Positions 51,306 through 55,354 of a stretch of DNA of 55,354 nt are shown here, in pieces. Position numbers and translations under genes: made by a program. The stretch is from Trichomonas gallinae (lineage: Eukaryota): the NCBI GenBank assembly GCA_008369845.1, contig MRSU01011229.1, positions 1 to 55,354 on the forward strand, given 5' to 3'. The notes under the pieces are model-generated. The model was given only the letters and a program-made list of their open reading frames with translations, searched no databases and was not told where the DNA came from. Within the stretch, counting starts at the first letter, position 1. The number at the start of each line of letters is the position of its first letter.

Positions 51306-52508
51306 CTATTGAACATCTGAGTATTCTATTGTTCCAGCAACAAGATAAGAAGGAGGAGGTGGGAATTCTGAAGGAGTGAGAATTGTGATGGTTTCACTGG
51401 ATTCATCAACAGAAATCAAGCAATTGAAACCGATCACATTCATCTTCCAAGCATCTTGTTGAGCAACTTGTGGAATTACAGCGAGCATGCGCTTGTTCAA
51501 CATAGGTGTGATACCAATTGCGTTTAATATCTTCGGATCAGGAGAATCAGCACCAGATGGAAGCATAATGGAAGAAATGTAATTCAATGTACCAAGACTG
51601 TAAGCTTTGAACTCACTTCGCGGAATTGTTGTTGTGGTAGGTTTGAGAGGATGTTCCGGTGTTCCGTAAAAGTATTGTGTGATTGTTTTGTTAATAAGTT
51701 TAGACTTGATGTTTTCGTTGATATAAACGGAACCAACAAGAACAGATGATTTAATCACACGAATTTCTGATGTTTTTGGAACCAATTCTTGAAGATTGTC
51801 ATCACCAAGTGTAACAAAATGAGTAATATCGAATATAGACATAACCTCCTTAAGAGCGTCATTCATATTTGCGTCTCTAATTGCTGGAAAGTCGATAACT
51901 ATGCAAACATTTTCAGGTTTTCCGTATGCTTCCAATCTTGACTCAACAGCATTATGGACTTGAACCAACTGACCTGTAAATAACTCTTGTCTTGACTGTT
52001 TGATCTCGCTGTGTCCAAAATAAAATAATAAAGGATCGATTAATTGAAATCCTTCATTTGTAATTGGCCTATCAATATCTGCCACACCAATGCATCCATT
52101 GCAGCCGAAAACGGCCTGGTATGTATCAGCATTAATATAGAAAGATTTAACTCCATGGCCAAATCTTGTATTTAATATCCATCTTGCAAGTGTTGTCTTT
52201 CCTGATGACTTAGTACCAGCAATAAGAATAACTTCGCGACGACATTGTCTTTCAAGAACAATTTTTGGTATCTGGCTTAATGCAGAGTAATAAGGTGCAG
52301 AAGAATTAGTGAGCATGATTCGGGAAGGAATATCTGTTGATATCGTAAATGATTCGTCACGGAAAACTAAATCTGCATTTAAAGGCAAATTCCATCCGAA
52401 AAGCCATACACTGCCCTCAATGACTTTCAGCCTGACAGTATCTCCAAAATTCAAGCGAAATCTGAGGTCATAGCCTGGCTTCAACAAAACATACTCTACT
52501 TTTGACAT
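51306..52508 (-). CDS. CLP1: Clp1-family protein (mRNA 3'-processing factor / polynucleotide kinase-like)
   Basis: N-terminal beta domain L......LRF....G....FG, Walker A GTKSSGKTT, D..Q, PL.FYFGH, QYFYG, N.IGF..I..VD.....TILTP. Confidence 0.85.
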   Translation of the reverse strand: MSKVEYVLLKPGYDLRFRLNFGDTVRLKVIEGSVWLFGWNLPLNADLVFRDESFTISTDIPSRIMLTNSSAPYYSALSQIPKIVLERQCRREVILIAGTKSSGKTTLARWILNTRFGHGVKSFYINADTYQAVFGCNGCIGVADIDRPITNEGFQLIDPLLFYFGHSEIKQSRQELFTGQLVQVHNAVESRLEAYGKPENVCIVIDFPAIRDANMNDALKEVMSIFDITHFVTLGDDNLQELVPKTSEIRVIKSSVLVGSVYINENIKSKLINKTITQYFYGTPEHPLKPTTTTIPRSEFKAYSLGTLNYISSIMLPSGADSPDPKILNAIGITPMLNKRMLAVIPQVAQQDAWKMNVIGFNCLISVDESSETITILTPSEFPPPPSYLVAGTIEYSDVQ

Positions 52509-52759
52509 CTAAAGTGTCACTTTTATTGAATTTCGATTCCTTCATCATAATGTTTCGCTTATTTTCCTATATATTTCATCAGTAAACATATAGTTATTTA
52601 ACAGATATAAAGAATATTGGTTATAAAGTATTGTAATATGCTATATAACATGAAAATACTTGATATATTGCCTTGAAATCAATGAGAAAAATGATTGTAA
52701 TAGATTTATTAAATTTGACACGTAAAATATTTTTGTCACGTAAACGACAAATGTTTCTA

Positions 52760-53295
52760 AAAATCCATCATCATTATAGCTACAAAGAGTGGAATTGTGG
52801 TGCTTGTAGTCATCAATGATCAATTGTTGAAGTTCGTGAAGATTCTACAAATCTTTAATCGATGCTGAAGTGTGAAACTCATCAAATTACAGTGACATTC
52901 CTATCATCTGGTAAATACCCTTAAATTTCTATGTTTTTGATCAAAAAAGTATATTTAATATGAAATGTTTATCTCAAAAATGACGCGTTCAATTTTTTTT
53001 TTCAGATCTCCAGTATTAGCATCCACATAGGCTCTTTGTTCTATATTATAGTGATCCAAATCTTCGTTCAAATTAAATGATATACCTATCTCATTATTAA
53101 AATCTTTCCCAACTTGGATAATATTTCCATCAATACTATGATTTTCTGATTAAAAACCCATGATATACGTGAGGATAAGAAAATGAACGTATATTAACAT
53201 TAGAATTTATGCTCAGCAACGAGCATATTCACTATTTCCAATACAAAACTGTGTTTTCATATCATAATTTCCATTATTTGTTGTATGGCAATATG
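52760..53295 (-). pseudogene. Possible heavily decayed gene fragment
   Basis: Minus-strand stop-free stretches with protein-like composition (SENHSIDGNIIQVGKDF...HYNIEQRAYVDANTGDL; GYLPDDRNVTVI; LHELQQLIIDDY) interrupted by stops and frameshifts. Confidence 0.3.
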
Positions 53296-53299
53296 GAGA

Positions 53300-53614
53300 T
53301 CAAACATTTTTAACAATTTCGTTGATTCGATTTTCATTTTTCAGTAACTCTTCGAACATCTTTTCAGTTTCCAAATGATTAGAGATTAAATTCGAAGTTT
53401 GCGCAGATATGTCATCGAATGTTTCAGAGATTTCATGGATTTCTTGTACGATATTCAATATATTAGCGGCCAAATCATCAAGTGTCATCCCACTTAAGCA
53501 CGTTTGCAAATCATTCAAATGTTCTGTTGTTTGATTCAAAGTTTGAGCGACTTCATTAGTTTTAGCTTCATCTCTATCCAAATTAACACTTATATCATTA
53601 ATAACATCGCTCAT
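53300..53614 (-). CDS. Small acidic coiled-coil protein
   Basis: 104-aa ATG ORF with continuous heptads, preceded by an array of AAAAGTGAC motifs. Confidence 0.7.
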   Translation of the reverse strand: MSDVINDISVNLDRDEAKTNEVAQTLNQTTEHLNDLQTCLSGMTLDDLAANILNIVQEIHEISETFDDISAQTSNLISNHLETEKMFEELLKNENRINEIVKNV

Positions 53615-53670
53615 CTACCAAGTCTTCACCTAAAAAAAAAAATCTAAAAAAACAATAGAAATATAAAGTT

Positions 53671-53766
53671 GTCACTTTTATATTCATGGCACTTTTATAT
53701 TGTCGCCACTTTTCGTAAAATTGTCACTTTTCATTTGAATTTATTAAAAATATACACGTCACTTTT
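53671..53766 (-). promoter_or_regulatory. Array of five AAAAGTG(A/C/G)C (M2-like) motifs
   Basis: Plus-strand GTCACTTTT 53671, GGCACTTTT 53688, GCCACTTTT 53705, GTCACTTTT 53723 and GTCACTTTT 53758, in a divergent intergenic region. Confidence 0.6.
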
Positions 53767-53969
53767 GAAATAAACTATTCAAAAGTTATATTGTTGCTTT
53801 TTGAAAGAAAGCTCTTATATTTAGGCTACATTTAGTTTACAGAGGCCAAATTTCGAAAAATCTGGTTCGATCTAATTTTTTATAAAAAATTTTTGAAAGA
53901 TATCATTGAAAAAATTGACTGTCTACGATAATTTTATTAATTTTTTTTAAGGACCGGTCCCAGAGACAA

Positions 53970-54641
53970 ATGGCAAGTGGCTCCCGTTTTGATACACTCC
54001 TGAACCAAGTTCAAGGCAAGCTCGATACATGCGAGAACATCAAAGATGAATTCCCTACGATGGAACTCGACCAGAAGAAATCCAGTGTCTCCCGCGGTTT
54101 GAGAGATCTTAACAACATCAACAACAACATCACAGAAATGGAAAGACTTATCCAAACTATGCCTGCCAGAGACAGAGATTTTTTCTCGCAGGATATTATA
54201 ACTTGTCGAGATTCACATAAGACTCTCATGGCGGCATTCGCTAAAATGGATGAAGAAACAAAGCGTTTGATTCTCATCGCCGAAGCAAACAAGAGGAACG
54301 GCGCTGACCAAGATACACTTAATAGAACTGCTGCTAAGCTCGACAATGCAAACAGCAACCTCGCAAAGGCTATTGGCCTCGGTGGTCAAGTTCTTGCTGG
54401 CCAGGATAAGGCCATGAATACTCTCCAATCCGATAGACAGGCTCTCGGCCGTATTGACAACAATGTCGACAACATCATTGATGAAACAGGCAAGGCTAAC
54501 GCTCTCTCTAACGAGATGATCAGGCGTATGAAGTGCATCAACTGTATTAGTTGGATTCTTGTTATCATTTTCGCTGGTATACTTGGTGTTCTCATTTGGA
54601 TGAGGATTACTAAGAAAGTGTTCTTCAAAAATAAGAAATAA
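53970..54641 (+). CDS. Qb-SNARE, VTI1-like
   Basis: N-terminal three-helix region, SNARE heptads with a zero-layer-like LQSDRQ.L.R (Asp as in Vti1a), ..M.RR, and a C-terminal TM. Confidence 0.8.
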   Translation: MASGSRFDTLLNQVQGKLDTCENIKDEFPTMELDQKKSSVSRGLRDLNNINNNITEMERLIQTMPARDRDFFSQDIITCRDSHKTLMAAFAKMDEETKRLILIAEANKRNGADQDTLNRTAAKLDNANSNLAKAIGLGGQVLAGQDKAMNTLQSDRQALGRIDNNVDNIIDETGKANALSNEMIRRMKCINCISWILVIIFAGILGVLIWMRITKKVFFKNKK

Positions 54642-55300
54642 TAATATATGACATTCAATTATCATTGAAATTTTGTAAATTAAATGTTTTTCGTCTATTT
54701 ATCACTAATTTATCCAGTTTTTGATCATTTTTATTTTTTTCTCTTTTCAAACAATAAAATCTACAATTCTCTTCAAAATATGAAATTTCAAAAATCAAAT
54801 TCAAAAAGTTGGGCACATAACTTTGAGTTTTCGGAGTAGCAGACTTCAAGACAAATCATATATATATATATATATTACGGTCCATAATTCTTCTAAATTG
54901 ATTAAAATTGCAAAATAAATAGAAAAAAAAAAAAAAAAACACAAAACAACTGTAATATGATATCATTTTCATGCAACATCATCATAATATTCAATAAAAT
55001 AATATCAAATATTATTCATATTGCATTAAGCGACCAATGATACTATATTATTGTCGTATGGGCTTATCCAAAAAAAGATGAAAATAAGTATTGGCAACGC
55101 AATGGAATTAAATATTCATCCATAATTAAAATTAATTCCACTGCGTGCCTGCTCAGATCAATGATCCAGCAGCAGTTTCTAAATTAATTTTTAGATAATT
55201 TTATATTACTTTACAAAAAAATTGTAAAGCAATAGAAGTCGCCTTCCAAATTATGCTAAAAACTAGCAATATATGACAATTATTCACGAAACAGATACAC

Positions 55301-55354
55301 TTACTGGTTGCCAAGTTCCTCCTTGCGCTGCTGGCGCTTGATCTTATGTGCCTC
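55301..55354 (-). CDS. C-terminus of a gene continuing beyond the window (…EAHKIKRQQRKEELGNQ*)
   Basis: 18 codons ending in TAA, with high-expression codons (AAG, CGC, CAG, ATC); basic composition; identity cannot be determined. Confidence 0.6.
   Translation of the reverse strand, partial: EAHKIKRQQRKEELGNQ

Noticed and set aside
53865..53870. GTTCGA T-loop-like string
   Set aside because: No cloverleaf stems; no tRNA or rRNA gene recognised in the window.
53951..53960. Palindrome GGACCGGTCC after TTAA, just upstream of the SNARE ATG
   Set aside because: Single 10-bp occurrence with no partner end; not enough to call a TE footprint or a regulatory site.

Overview
Gene-dense, AT-rich, apparently intron-free eukaryotic DNA. 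The protein families, the TCA(C/T)(T/A) initiators just before ATGs, the UAAA signals overlapping stop codons and an M3+M5 promoter on a ribosomal protein gene point to a trichomonad (Trichomonas-like parabasalid); the species is inferred, not proven. There are about 30 intact genes. Trafficking: head-to-head AP-3 beta and AP-1/2 beta adaptins, an HPS4/CCZ1-like longin protein, TVP23-like, N-BAR, a VTI1-like SNARE and two Tubby-like proteins. Ubiquitin system: FANCL, a cullin, a TRIP12/UFD4-type HECT and a BTB-UBL protein. Housekeeping: RPS17, GPN3, ZPR1, CLP1. Others: an MFSD5-like transporter, a GT61 glycosyltransferase, a SPAG17/PF6-like protein, a stand-alone ALK/LTK-type glycine-rich protein and a Firmicute-type WCGDC thioredoxin. 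There are also one or two decayed surface-protein pseudogenes and a possible transposon end at the left edge. The strongest unexplained signal is non-coding: a 13-14 bp motif TTTAC(A/G)(T/C)G(T/A/G)CAAA occurs more than 20 times, only between genes, mostly just upstream of start codons, and often in phased arrays with AAAAGTGAC. A 244-bp repeat that aligns without gaps (about 69% identity by hand count) lies upstream of two consecutive genes. All family calls come from motif recognition by eye; no searches were run.
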